Source: a virus. Taken from it: a stretch of DNA of 64,000 bases. Of the stretch, positions 35,974 through 46,336 are shown one piece after another (positions within the stretch are counted from its first letter, which is position 1; each line of letters starts with the position of its first letter). Position numbers and translations under genes: made by a program. The stretch lies in the IMG/VR virus record IMGVR_UViG_3300028840_004786; one strand, given 5' to 3'. Under the pieces are notes generated by a model. That model was not told the DNA's origin. It ran no database searches and was given only the letters and a program-made list of their open reading frames with translations.

Positions 35974-37100
35974 ATCGGGTCTCCACCTGAATCAAGTAAA
36001 CGAATTACAATTAATGTTGTCAAAGGAGTATAATCTTCAAACTCTATCTTTAGAAATGGGGGTATCTCCGGGGTTTCTGTTTGATCACGCTGGTAGTAAA
36101 AAGTAACACTACTTCCACATACTTTTGTTGCACTTGAAGCCCAACCACCAGAATCAGTATTACTCACCAACCCAGTTCCATTAATAACACTGAATGTTGC
36201 AGTTACACTTATCGGACGAGAAAAATCATATTGATCCTTTATACTAAATGTAAAAGAAGCTGTTGGATAATTTGTACCTCCATCCCATTCCATCTCAAAA
36301 CTTCCATCACCTTGCTTAATAGCACTCGTAATGGAAACCGTATTTGCCTTTGGTTCAGTCCATTCAACCCCTATATCAGCTGAAGATATAGAAGTCATTC
36401 CAGAATAAATAAAAAGATAACCAATTAAAATATGATCAGCAGGTATAGATGGCTTCGTTGGTGCACCTGCAGTAATACTTCTTGAAGTACCTTCAACAAC
36501 ATCAACAACACCATTTATTCCTATAACAAGAGCATCATACCGAGCAGATGTTCCAGCTGGGGCAGCAGATATAGATATCGAAGTTGCCGTATCATAAAAC
36601 CCCATAGTAAAACCTGAACCCATAGTCATTGGGGCTGGATCATCCATCACTATATAACCAGTTGCCGCTATACTATATGTATAAAGAGTGCCATCAATTC
36701 TATATGTTCCATCATTTACTATGACGTTCATTCCACCGCCGGAATATTCCAATATCTCCATTCCACTAACTATTCCATTTTCAAGCTCCGATGCTGTTGG
36801 AAGTAAATCTCCTTCAACTGGTGAAGGTATTGCTCTTCCATGACCAACTACTTCAATAAACCCCGGAACACCTGAACGATGTCTTATTCTGACAGCATTC
36901 CCTTTTTTTAACCAAGTCGGTATCTTTTTCCAATTACGAGGATAATGGGCTTTTATCTGTGTATTACTACCTTGAATTTTAACTAAGGCGTAGTAATTCC
37001 CAGTATCAACATTCCATATAATTGCGTCACGATCAACAACCGAATATCTTTGAGCCTCTCTAAGACGCTTGGTAACGATATTTTTATTATATAGTCTCAA
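35970..37100 (-). CDS. tail tip / baseplate-associated protein
   Basis: 376-aa ORF immediately downstream of the large tail protein. Call based on position only. Confidence 0.4.
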   Translation of the reverse strand: MRLYNKNIVTKRLREAQRYSVVDRDAIIWNVDTGNYYALVKIQGSNTQIKAHYPRNWKKIPTWLKKGNAVRIRHRSGVPGFIEVVGHGRAIPSPVEGDLLPTASELENGIVSGMEILEYSGGGMNVIVNDGTYRIDGTLYTYSIAATGYIVMDDPAPMTMGSGFTMGFYDTATSISISAAPAGTSARYDALVIGINGVVDVVEGTSRSITAGAPTKPSIPADHILIGYLFIYSGMTSISSADIGVEWTEPKANTVSITSAIKQGDGSFEMEWDGGTNYPTASFTFSIKDQYDFSRPISVTATFSVINGTGLVSNTDSGGWASSATKVCGSSVTFYYQRDQTETPEIPPFLKIEFEDYTPLTTLIVIRLLDSGGDPI

Positions 37101-40100
37101 GGAATATATCTCCAGCCTTCTATTTTATCAAAGACACCTTTTCCTTTTTCATAAGTTCTTTTCAAATTGACAATTAATATTTCCATACCTTCCCCACTGT
37201 ATGGATGGTATACTTTTATTTTATCTAATAACTCATCTTGAAGATGGGTTATCTTCTGGAATGAAACTCTGCGACGTTGCGCCTTTAACATTTCCAAATT
37301 TCCCTCTGCAACACGTCTACACTCCGTAACACTGTTACAAAGCGGATCGGTGAACTCTCTTGTTACAATTTCACCATTTAACTTTCTTTGAAGTTCTTCA
37401 TCATTTGCTTCATACTGGATAGTTGTTTTAACTCGCCCAAGAGGTCTTGCCCAAACCTCGTATTGATATTGTGCAACAGCGGCAAGGATATACAAGATGA
37501 GACTTATAGCTATCGCCAAGCCCCACATATAAGCTCCACATACCTTTCCATAATCACAAGTAATTGCGGCAGCACCCAAGGCAATCATTGCAACTATTGC
37601 CCCAATTAATGCGGCAGTTAAATCGGCAACTCTTATTTCCACTTCGATATATGATTCATAAGGGTCAATATAGCTAATTCTAATTCCGCCTTCACCTGTT
37701 GATAGCTGGTCTAAAAGTAATCCGTATTCTTTCGGTGAATGCTTTACTTCGAGCCTTGGATTTCTACAATGCCTTTCCTGATCTTCACTAAAATATATGG
37801 TCTCTTCTTTTTCCTTTACCCACCAACCAACAGTTCCAGCACGGGAAGTAATCATTTCTTCATCATGAACAACTTCAGTATAATCATTTGTTTCACCAAT
37901 CACTCGAACGCGATTTGTATAATCACTATAACTATCGTCAGGAGTAAAATCAATTACTTGCATTTGATCTGAATATTCGTGATCAACATCTTGCTCAAGA
38001 TCAACACGACGACAAGTAAAAATTCCATCAGCATCTTCGAACATTGCATAAAAAAAGTGATCAACTAACTCTTCAATAATTTCATAAAGTGTTTTATCAA
38101 GCCATTGATAGTAAATTCCATGCTCATCGTCAAAAGTAGGTAAGTTATATTCAGTAGAAAGAAATTGAGTGAAGTCATCTATTAAATCAGTAATGACTGT
38201 ATCTGGCATACTTCCACTATATAATGCAGTTACACTTATTTGCTTCTGTTTCCACAAAGAAGTCTTCCCCTTGCAGTCAAGGTTTAAGACCATTTCTTTT
38301 CCGCGAGAATAATTTATTTTAGAAGAATCAACAAGAAAAATTCCTTGATTAACCCAATATGTATATTCTCCAATTTTTTCCCCTATTCTAACTTGAACTT
38401 TTCTACCCTTTTGCCCGACAACATTTTTTGTACTTAATAAATTTTGAGGGTCGTAGAGATGGGCATTTCCAAGACTAAATGATAATTGATTAATTCTTTT
38501 AAGTTCCCAACTTAAAGAAACCGAACCAGTTATATCATTTGTTACATCTATATCGCCTAAGTCATTATCCCAATATAAAACCTTTTGATTATTCTGCCAA
38601 TCATCATGACTCCATGTAACCCACAAAACATTGTCTTCATCTATAGCTGCAGAAGGCCCAATTTCTGAATTATAATAACTTAAATCAAATTGACTATCCC
38701 ATTGCCAAGTAACTTGCTTATCGGCAGTTATATATTGAAGTTGATTGTAATATCCACTCGCATTGAACATTAAAATCCCTTCAAGATAATTCCCTCCATT
38801 AACGCTTCCAGCAATAATGTCTTCACTCACTGGATCGAATGCAATCTGAGTCATAGCATCTTGCTCACCACTCCTAACAAATCCTGGCAATGTCTCGCTA
38901 TCATAACGAGTAAACAGCTTTGTATTTGTGTCAAACGCAAGAACACCTTCACCTGAAGCAATATAAATTATACCAGTATCTTCATCAACTGTGAAGTCAT
39001 TGAAGTAATATTGATCCTTTGTCCAAAACGGTGGCCTATGATATGAAATTGTTTCTGTTACATAATTATACTCTATGAGCCCACGCTTATCCGTATCTGG
39101 ATAATCTGCTCTATAATTAAAATGTCCGTACAGCACACCGTTATACTGGATGCATCTTTCGATTCCATTAATTGGAAATGAATTATTTGTGTCATAAGTT
39201 GTTTCCTTAACTACCGCACAGTTATTATCTTCATCCATGATTACTACAGCTTGCCTTATCGTAGAGTATTCATTTCCACTATGAAAGATAATATATCCAC
39301 GATCTGGGTCACGAACAAAATTCCATGCATCTAATTCAGTTTGCCATCGGGTAAGACTTGTCCAAGAAACACCACTTATAGGAGTTAACCAATTTAAAGT
39401 ATACATTCCCTCGCCATCGGGGGATTCGGTTAAATCAATATATGCAAAGCTAACTTTAAACCCTCCAACAAATCCACTTCTAAAAGCTAAATATAATCTA
39501 TCTTGCGAAGCATCTATTAAAACACGATGAACCTTTGGAGTAGTTAAGCCAGTTGCATCACCACTTTCAAATTCTATATTTCTCGGAAGATTATATGAAG
39601 GAATTCCATCAGATATTCCACTAATACTAATATCATCAATTACATAATTGACTATTGTATCTGATGAATGATTGAGAACCATTACAACACTATGTTCCCC
39701 ATAACCATTGCCAACATTTGCAGCCATATACTTTCCATCAGAATGCAATTGAAATATTTGATTATCTCTAAAAATATTATTAATCTGTGGCGAAGAACCA
39801 CTATAATAAACCTTATCAATACTCCATGTATCTTTATCAACTATTGCAATTCCACATAAGCTCTTCACCCCAAATGAAGTATTTCCAAATGCAACAATTA
39901 TCTTCCCAGTAGCATAGTCATATCCAAGCTCTTTATTTCCCATTCCATACCCAAGCCCCGAAGAACAACTACTGAGAAATCCCGTTGCTGTTTCATCCAT
40001 ATGAAGTACTCTACGATTCTCATAGAAAATGAGCCAAATTGTTCCATTTGATCTTTGAACCATTATTGGATCAAGTCCATTTGAACCGTAGGAAGTATAA

Positions 40101-40873
40101 CTCGTTCGTGCCGAAGCCGTCCCAAAAGATGAACCATCATCTGTGCTTATAGAACTAAAAATATTTTTAATTGTAACTGCATCTTGAATAGCAGTTACGT
40201 GATCAAATAGAAGAAATAAATCTCCATCATCGGTTTCAAATAAACTTGGATTATCAATTTCACGAGAAGTATTAACACCACTTGGAGTTATGTCAGAGGC
40301 CGAACCCCAACTTCCCCAAGTACTGGCTGTACGCGAATATATAGTATATGCTGGTGTGGTTTCATCCTTACGAACATAAACCATATAATAATCACCCGAA
40401 GATAAAAGAACTACATATGGAGAACTCCAATCATATGTATCACTTAAGTCTTCTATTTGACTCAAGCCACTTATAACAGAACCAATAATTGATATTGTAA
40501 ATTGCTTCAGCCTTCTATCAGTTTGTCCAGTAATTGCAATTACTCCAATATTTCCATTCGCTAATTCAACGGCTGAAGCGTACTCGACGTGTTCATTTAT
40601 TATTGCCGACAAATCAACAGTCGTCCATTGACTTCTTGTCTCATCTGTGTACATCCAAATGAAACTTCCGTCACTTTCTATATATAATTGTCCAAGACGA
40701 CCGCTACTATGATTTATTATTTGTGGATTAAATACATCGCTTCCAGCTATTCCAAAACTATTTCCCTGAAATGGAATACTTTCGGCAAACTCGCTACTTA
40801 ATATTTCAATTTCAGGTTGCCGTTCTATTCCGTCTAAACGGGTCTGAAGTGTGCTGTCTAAAGTTAAAGCCAT
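37097..40873 (-). CDS. large tail (tip/Tal-like) protein with propeller-like N-terminal region and two C-proximal hydrophobic helices
   Basis: 1258 aa, two genes downstream of the TMP. Contains an Asp-box-like STDDGSSF. Hydrophobic stretch LTAALIGAIVAMIALGAAAITC...MWGLAIAISLILYILAAVA (about 37440-37630). Confidence 0.55.
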   Translation of the reverse strand: MALTLDSTLQTRLDGIERQPEIEILSSEFAESIPFQGNSFGIAGSDVFNPQIINHSSGRLGQLYIESDGSFIWMYTDETRSQWTTVDLSAIINEHVEYASAVELANGNIGVIAITGQTDRRLKQFTISIIGSVISGLSQIEDLSDTYDWSSPYVVLLSSGDYYMVYVRKDETTPAYTIYSRTASTWGSWGSASDITPSGVNTSREIDNPSLFETDDGDLFLLFDHVTAIQDAVTIKNIFSSISTDDGSSFGTASARTSYTSYGSNGLDPIMVQRSNGTIWLIFYENRRVLHMDETATGFLSSCSSGLGYGMGNKELGYDYATGKIIVAFGNTSFGVKSLCGIAIVDKDTWSIDKVYYSGSSPQINNIFRDNQIFQLHSDGKYMAANVGNGYGEHSVVMVLNHSSDTIVNYVIDDISISGISDGIPSYNLPRNIEFESGDATGLTTPKVHRVLIDASQDRLYLAFRSGFVGGFKVSFAYIDLTESPDGEGMYTLNWLTPISGVSWTSLTRWQTELDAWNFVRDPDRGYIIFHSGNEYSTIRQAVVIMDEDNNCAVVKETTYDTNNSFPINGIERCIQYNGVLYGHFNYRADYPDTDKRGLIEYNYVTETISYHRPPFWTKDQYYFNDFTVDEDTGIIYIASGEGVLAFDTNTKLFTRYDSETLPGFVRSGEQDAMTQIAFDPVSEDIIAGSVNGGNYLEGILMFNASGYYNQLQYITADKQVTWQWDSQFDLSYYNSEIGPSAAIDEDNVLWVTWSHDDWQNNQKVLYWDNDLGDIDVTNDITGSVSLSWELKRINQLSFSLGNAHLYDPQNLLSTKNVVGQKGRKVQVRIGEKIGEYTYWVNQGIFLVDSSKINYSRGKEMVLNLDCKGKTSLWKQKQISVTALYSGSMPDTVITDLIDDFTQFLSTEYNLPTFDDEHGIYYQWLDKTLYEIIEELVDHFFYAMFEDADGIFTCRRVDLEQDVDHEYSDQMQVIDFTPDDSYSDYTNRVRVIGETNDYTEVVHDEEMITSRAGTVGWWVKEKEETIYFSEDQERHCRNPRLEVKHSPKEYGLLLDQLSTGEGGIRISYIDPYESYIEVEIRVADLTAALIGAIVAMIALGAAAITCDYGKVCGAYMWGLAIAISLILYILAAVAQYQYEVWARPLGRVKTTIQYEANDEELQRKLNGEIVTREFTDPLCNSVTECRRVAEGNLEMLKAQRRRVSFQKITHLQDELLDKIKVYHPYSGEGMEILIVNLKRTYEKGKGVFDKIEGWRYIP

Positions 40874-40876
40874 AGA

Positions 40877-41290
40877 TCAAACCGTCGTGGTAGTACTGGT
40901 TGTAGTTGTTGACGTTGATTGAAGTACTGCAGATAGACTTCTGACATCAAAAGTCATCTTTACATTTCTTCTCCACTTACTATCGTAGAAAGTATTTTGA
41001 AAATATTCTCCTTCAAGGTTTGCAATTTTAACATTATATGTATTCCCCCCAACTTCGGGATTCCAAATAAATGTTGTTCCAACTTGAAGATACATTATTC
41101 TCAACTGCTTATACATCCCTCTTGGCATAAACTCCCATTCAAGAACAACTTTCGTTCCTTGAAGTATTGCACTCCATTCAAAGATCGCCGAACCTCCATA
41201 GGTTGCAGTAATTGCTACGGTCTTTTGCTTTTCTGGAATGCTCATTACATCTGGATTCCAGTAGAATGTATATCCGCCTAAAGTTTGCAT
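40877..41290 (-). CDS. distal-tail-position protein with C-terminal poly-Thr tail
   Basis: 137 aa, immediately downstream of the TMP. Ends STSTTTTSTTTTV. Confidence 0.5.
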   Translation of the reverse strand: MQTLGGYTFYWNPDVMSIPEKQKTVAITATYGGSAIFEWSAILQGTKVVLEWEFMPRGMYKQLRIMYLQVGTTFIWNPEVGGNTYNVKIANLEGEYFQNTFYDSKWRRNVKMTFDVRSLSAVLQSTSTTTTSTTTTV

Positions 41291-43827
41291 TAGTAGTTTA
41301 ACTCCTCTTCAATAACTCGAAGAACCACTGGTTCTATTTCAGCTTCGAGTCGTCTTCCAATAAAAGATAAATTCTCTGGAAGTACAATTTTTGGTCTAAT
41401 GCTAATTTGATTTCCTTCAACATTCCTAATATCACCTGATCTATTAATTACATTTGAAACACTTCCACCACCAGCAAGGTAAGTACTCCTGGGAATGCTG
41501 AAAGAAGAACTTGCAAATTGTAGTAATACTTCACGTGGGATTTTCTTCTGCCTAATTACTTCCATACCTCGCTCTGTATAATGTCTCACAACATCAACTG
41601 GTTGCATGAACTCCCCAGCTGTTGCTTTTATATTAATATTATCAGCCTTTGGATGTGGGCTTTTACCTTCAACCAATCCTCCACCTGCCATCTGTTGTTG
41701 ACGTATTAACTGAACTTTCGCCAATCCGGCAGCAATAGCAACTGCAGCAGCAGTAGTTGCCAATGATGGACCAACAATTGGAATTCCAACCATAGCATTG
41801 TAAGCCTTTGTAGCTGATTCATATGTAGCAATTAGGGCACGAGCAATTGATGCAGCTTTAAAAAGAGTAAATAATTCTTTACTCTTTTCACCAGAAGCTT
41901 TATACCAATCAAGAAACATATCAGTCATATCCGTCAAAGTACTTTGAATACTGCTAATATATGTTTCCCATATTACTTTTCTCTGATTAGCCGCAACCTG
42001 TTCTTGCTCAAGAATATGTTGATTCTTTGCTTCGTTTAGTTGTTCTTCAACTTCATATCCTTTCTTTTGCATTTCAAGAAGAGCATCAATTTCTTGCTGT
42101 TGCCTTCTCATCATTTGCTTATTTTCTAATTCAAATCGCTTAGAAAGGTTCGGCCCTTGCTGAACTTGAAGACTAAGAATCCGTTCTTTAATCTCAGTTA
42201 TAATTTCTTGAGATTCTTTTTCAACTTGGTTTCTTTCTTCAATTGCTTTTCTGTACTCTTGCTCAAGACTTATAGACTGTCTTATTTGCTCCTGGCGAAG
42301 CGAAAACATCTCCGCCCTTATTTGTTCCCTTTGCCCTTCCTTTGCGGCAAGCCCAAGTCTTTTCTGAAGGGATTTCTGCTGAATTTCAAATTGCTCATTA
42401 AGCAATTGCTCCCTTCTTCTAAAGTACTCGTCAAGACTAACATTATGCTGTTCCCATTGCTGTTCCAAAGCCGAAACAAGCGTCTTATTTATTTCCATTG
42501 CTTTTTTAGCTTCGGCGCTTGCTCGTGCAGCGAGTAATCCAGGTTCTATTGGCTTCGGTGGTGGTTTCGGTCTTGGTGGTGGAGTTATTTCAAAGTCTTC
42601 AGGTTTTTTTCGTGGTTCAAAAGCTTTCCTTCTTGCTTCAGCTAAAGTCTCAAGTGCTTTCTCAATCAACTTTGAAAAGCCTTCCAGTGCTTCTTCTGTT
42701 TGGTATAACTCCTCAGCAGAATATGTAGCAGAATTTGTTAACTCATCAATTTCTTTTTGCAACATTCGAACTCTCTCAGCTGCACGAGTTTGCCAATCCT
42801 CACCCCATATCCTTTGATAGTACTCAGCTTCCTTTCCACCTTCATCTAAAGCTTTAAATAAACGATTAAATTCCATTCTCATTGCAGTCAATCGAAATTT
42901 CTTTGCTTCAACAGCAATTCTATTAAGAGACCATTCAGCTCCCATTGCTGCATCAAGAAAAAACTTTACTGCACGTGTCATTAATTGAAACGAAGTAATA
43001 ACAGTGACTGCAACTCGGGCTGCCCATAGATCGAACTCTCCACTGGCAATCATCTTATCAATATATTTATTCAATTCAGCAAGCTGAAATTTAATATGTT
43101 CAAAAACCCCAGTCTTCATTACTCGTCGCTGGAATTCTGTCCAGTATGAAGCAAGAGTGGAAGTCAAACCAGACCAAGAGTTCATCATTTTTCTTGCTGA
43201 ACCGCCGAACTCTTTTTCCATACCAGTTAATATAGCTTTGACAATTTTGTTAACATCCGTTTTGGTTCTTTGTAACTGTTCAACAGTCATTCCAAGTTCT
43301 TGAGTCAAGTATTTCCTGGCATTAATACCAATTTCGGATAACTGGTTTAACTCTTCTCCGGCAAGCTTTCCAAGTGTTTGCATCTGTCCTAATGCTCTTG
43401 CAACACGAGGCATAGCATCTTCCCCAAACAACACAGCAACATCCACAAGGGTCTCCATCTTCTTAAGTGTCGGGTCCAGACCCATTGCTTGCATCATAGT
43501 AAAAGCTTGAACTGTTTTCTGGGTATTGACAGGCATTCGCAGAGCCCATTCATTCAATGCTTCAAGCGTCTGCGTTCCTTTGCCTTTGGTGAGAGCATCC
43601 AGCTTTGTTTCCATAGCTTCAAAACTGGCTGCTGTATTTATGAATTGTCTACTAAGAAGGCCGATTCCAAGACCTGCAATTGCTCCCTGTAAACTAAAGA
43701 CAGCACCTGTCAATCCTGCCATGCCTCTTTTAACATAGTCGGTGACACGAGTAAGCTGTCTTAGTCCACGAGTTGCTTGATCCCGGAGTCTTATAATGAT
43801 TTGAAGTGTTTCGGACTGAGTCGCCAT
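41290..43827 (-). CDS. tape measure protein
   Basis: 845 aa, highly helical with Gln/Glu/Lys-rich coiled regions and hydrophobic Gly/Ala segments. Located directly after the frameshifted chaperone pair. Confidence 0.85.
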   Translation of the reverse strand: MATQSETLQIIIRLRDQATRGLRQLTRVTDYVKRGMAGLTGAVFSLQGAIAGLGIGLLSRQFINTAASFEAMETKLDALTKGKGTQTLEALNEWALRMPVNTQKTVQAFTMMQAMGLDPTLKKMETLVDVAVLFGEDAMPRVARALGQMQTLGKLAGEELNQLSEIGINARKYLTQELGMTVEQLQRTKTDVNKIVKAILTGMEKEFGGSARKMMNSWSGLTSTLASYWTEFQRRVMKTGVFEHIKFQLAELNKYIDKMIASGEFDLWAARVAVTVITSFQLMTRAVKFFLDAAMGAEWSLNRIAVEAKKFRLTAMRMEFNRLFKALDEGGKEAEYYQRIWGEDWQTRAAERVRMLQKEIDELTNSATYSAEELYQTEEALEGFSKLIEKALETLAEARRKAFEPRKKPEDFEITPPPRPKPPPKPIEPGLLAARASAEAKKAMEINKTLVSALEQQWEQHNVSLDEYFRRREQLLNEQFEIQQKSLQKRLGLAAKEGQREQIRAEMFSLRQEQIRQSISLEQEYRKAIEERNQVEKESQEIITEIKERILSLQVQQGPNLSKRFELENKQMMRRQQQEIDALLEMQKKGYEVEEQLNEAKNQHILEQEQVAANQRKVIWETYISSIQSTLTDMTDMFLDWYKASGEKSKELFTLFKAASIARALIATYESATKAYNAMVGIPIVGPSLATTAAAVAIAAGLAKVQLIRQQQMAGGGLVEGKSPHPKADNINIKATAGEFMQPVDVVRHYTERGMEVIRQKKIPREVLLQFASSSFSIPRSTYLAGGGSVSNVINRSGDIRNVEGNQISIRPKIVLPENLSFIGRRLEAEIEPVVLRVIEEELNY

Positions 43828-43829
43828 AA

Positions 43830-44350
43830 CTACCTCCCGCCTCTAACATATAACTGAAACTCTTTGTCAGGTAAAAAGCGAGCTAATCTAAAAGATAAAG
43901 CACGAGAACGTTCTTCTTCATACTTTACTTTTAGATGAACATTCAATGCGGTAATAAAGTAGCTATATCCCCAGTTCAAAATATCTACGAACCCGAAGGT
44001 AATGAGGCGACAAGCAGTTTCAAAAAGTCCTTCTGTACTGCCTGTTTCAATGTCTCCAGTAGCTCGGCCAGCCCCAAGGACCGAGCCACCCCGAAAAAAG
44101 TTTTGTTCACCTCAAGGAAGTCATCATAGATAACTTTGATATCGGAAGGAGCCATTTTAATAAGATCATCCAAAGTTATTCCTGTTACTGCCTTTCCAAG
44201 ATATTCTTCAAGAAGAACTTTAAATTGATCCAGCGAAGGATCGTTTAATCTTTTTTGTTCTTCTCCTATATTAATTATCTCTTCTACAGTCAGCTCATAC
44301 ACAGTGATTTTCTTACCGTCGATTTCACTCGACTTATGTAGCCTTGGCAT
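43830..44350 (-). CDS. tail assembly chaperone, -1 frameshift extension product (GT-like)
   Basis: After the T TTT TTC slip, the -1 frame stays open for 88 codons (FFRGGSVLGAG...LYVRGGR) and stops 2 nt before the TMP start. Confidence 0.65.
43985..44350 (-). CDS. tail assembly chaperone (G-like, zero-frame product)
   Basis: 121-aa ORF between the tail tube and TMP genes. It contains the slippery heptamer. Confidence 0.75.
   Translation of the reverse strand: MPRLHKSSEIDGKKITVYELTVEEIINIGEEQKRLNDPSLDQFKVLLEEYLGKAVTGITLDDLIKMAPSDIKVIYDDFLEVNKTFFGVARSLGLAELLETLKQAVQKDFLKLLVASLPSGS
44093..44099 (-). promoter_or_regulatory. programmed -1 ribosomal frameshift slippery heptamer T TTT TTC
   Basis: X XXY YYZ in the zero frame (..ACT TTT TTC GGG..), followed by the GC-rich GGGGTGGCTCGGTCCTTGGGGCTGGCC. 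Confidence 0.65.
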
Positions 44351-44385
44351 AACTACCTCCGCAGATTACCTACCAAGCCAAACGA

Positions 44386-44958
44386 TTAAGAAGTAGTCGT
44401 TGTGGATGTGGTAGTAGTAGTGGTTGAAGTTTCGCTTGAACTATATAGTACAGTGCCGTATGGCGATTCAGGATGGTTGGCCGTATCGGATAACCCAGTA
44501 AAGAGATATTCCATTTCCGCCCAAGCCGTTCCATCACCAACTAACTGGATTGGGCCATTCGGGCCAATTGTGCCTTTCCAAAAGTTCCAAGTTTTATTTG
44601 GGCCATGTGGATTGTCTTCAATGAAGCGGACGGCATACTCCTTTTCCATCTCTTCCGTGTCCATCATATAAAGATTCAATCCGGCTTGCTCGGCCATCAA
44701 AAACTTTTTCAGGTTGATTGCGGCATGCTCGTCCAAAGTTATTCTCAACATATATTCCGCACTGATAACCGGATTTGCATCCTTTACCCTGAAACCACTT
44801 CGATTGGAATAATGCGGAAGCCTTTCAATCTGTGGCTCATATTCCGCCCTTACTGCATTACCCATATCAAAATAGGCCCCAGGAGCTCCGCCCGAAAATT
44901 CAGCGATGTAGAAAATCCCTTTCAGGATTGTGTAATTTTTAGTTGAATGCGGTTGCAT
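44386..44958 (-). CDS. putative major tail tube protein with C-terminal poly-Thr tail
   Basis: 190-aa ORF directly upstream of the chaperone/TMP genes. Ends SSETSTTTTTTSTTTTS. Confidence 0.6.
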   Translation of the reverse strand: MQPHSTKNYTILKGIFYIAEFSGGAPGAYFDMGNAVRAEYEPQIERLPHYSNRSGFRVKDANPVISAEYMLRITLDEHAAINLKKFLMAEQAGLNLYMMDTEEMEKEYAVRFIEDNPHGPNKTWNFWKGTIGPNGPIQLVGDGTAWAEMEYLFTGLSDTANHPESPYGTVLYSSSETSTTTTTTSTTTTS

Positions 44959-44959
44959 A

Positions 44960-45418
44960 TTAAATTCCTCCCGTGCCGTGAATGTAAATAATTTTTGCTA
45001 TAACAGAAAAAGCAACATAAGGGTCCCATACTACTACTTCAACTTTCGGCTCGAGATCGGTGGATATAGCAAGTCCGCTTCTTGTTTGATCTCCATACAT
45101 CAATACCCAGAAGTCGTCCAATATATTAGAAATCTGCGTGTCAGGATTAACACGATTCATAAAGTAAAAATAATTTTCCACTCGGAGTTCAGAAACAAAT
45201 TTATCTACAATGTTTCCTTTCAATCTCGTAGTTCTTTTCTCCAATGGAACTGGAAGACTTCCGACAATCGAAACAAGCGGCAATTGCGTTGCGGCGTAAG
45301 TCTTCAACTCCTCAATGTCAGACGGCTGGCGCCTTATGACAGTTTTGACGGAGCTAAGATTACCAACACTTATTTCCAACGCTGAAAGTAATCGTTCTCT
45401 AATACTATTTTCGGCCAC
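44960..45418 (-). CDS. tail terminator / head-tail joining-position protein
   Basis: 152-aa ORF. Call based on synteny only. Confidence 0.4.
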   Translation of the reverse strand: MAENSIRERLLSALEISVGNLSSVKTVIRRQPSDIEELKTYAATQLPLVSIVGSLPVPLEKRTTRLKGNIVDKFVSELRVENYFYFMNRVNPDTQISNILDDFWVLMYGDQTRSGLAISTDLEPKVEVVVWDPYVAFSVIAKIIYIHGTGGI

Positions 45419-45872
45419 CGATCAATTCCCTTACGTGTTCACGATAAATTTCATTGATCTTAGAAATATCTTCGGCACTTGCCCCAAAGAACGGTCTTTT
45501 GTTCTGTAAATAAAAAGCCTTCGCTGGATTACTCATACCACTACGATCAGTGCCTTCCATAAAAAACACTTTTACTTCATCACGAGCAAGCGATGATACA
45601 TAAGTCATAGAGTTAAGCATGGAACCTGTAAAGAAAAGATTCGGGGTTCCAGAACGACCCGATGCCAAGCGAAACTTTCTATATCGCTCGGTGTAGGGAG
45701 CAAAAGGTTGACCTCCAATTTCCTTACCTGCCAACGTTCTATAACGAATCGCAGTTGTCAAGTATTCTCCCATTTCATTAAGTACTTCATATGAAATGAG
45801 AAGTCTTCCGGCTCGGCCGAACCTTCTTATAAGTCGATCTATCCCTACTATTTGAACAGAATCATCAGCCAT
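45405..45872 (-). CDS. virion morphogenesis / tail completion-like protein
   Basis: 155 aa. GQPFAPYTERYRKFRLASGRSGTPNLFFTGSMLNSM resembles the phage virion morphogenesis (gpS/HK97 gp10-like) pattern. Confidence 0.5.
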   Translation of the reverse strand: MADDSVQIVGIDRLIRRFGRAGRLLISYEVLNEMGEYLTTAIRYRTLAGKEIGGQPFAPYTERYRKFRLASGRSGTPNLFFTGSMLNSMTYVSSLARDEVKVFFMEGTDRSGMSNPAKAFYLQNKRPFFGASAEDISKINEIYREHVRELIGGRK

Positions 45873-45875
45873 TTA

Positions 45876-46322
45876 CTACACCCTATATAATCGCCGCACC
45901 TGCGGTATTTTTATTTCATCCGCAGATAAATCACCACTATCGTCCCAATCGTAGTCAATCCCGGCAGTCAGGAGTTCATTCATTTCTTCGGCGTACAGTT
46001 TTTGAAAGTTTTTACTATTCCTTTCAAAACCATCAGGCTCAGGGGATTCCTTGGCAAGAAACAGATAAATAAATTGCAAAGACTTATACGAACATGCCTT
46101 TTTTACTTGATCCACATTGAGAACTTTCGAAGAATCAAAAGGGGTATCCCTCCAATCAATTCCAAAGTTTTCCGCATTTGCCCTATACCACCGTGAGTCA
46201 AGAGAACGGATTACTACCCTTTCCGCTTCTGTCATCTGATCTTCAAAATCAGTCTCGCCATAATTAAAAATATCTGACCTGATAGCTATAAGATCATCAT
46301 CGTCGTGAAATACTAACGCCAT
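45876..46322 (-). CDS. head-tail adaptor-position protein
   Basis: Acidic ~148-aa ORF. ATG 46322 has GGAGG upstream. Call based on synteny only. Confidence 0.4.
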   Translation of the reverse strand: MALVFHDDDDLIAIRSDIFNYGETDFEDQMTEAERVVIRSLDSRWYRANAENFGIDWRDTPFDSSKVLNVDQVKKACSYKSLQFIYLFLAKESPEPDGFERNSKNFQKLYAEEMNELLTAGIDYDWDDSGDLSADEIKIPQVRRLYRV

Positions 46323-46336
46323 AACTACCTCCAAGA

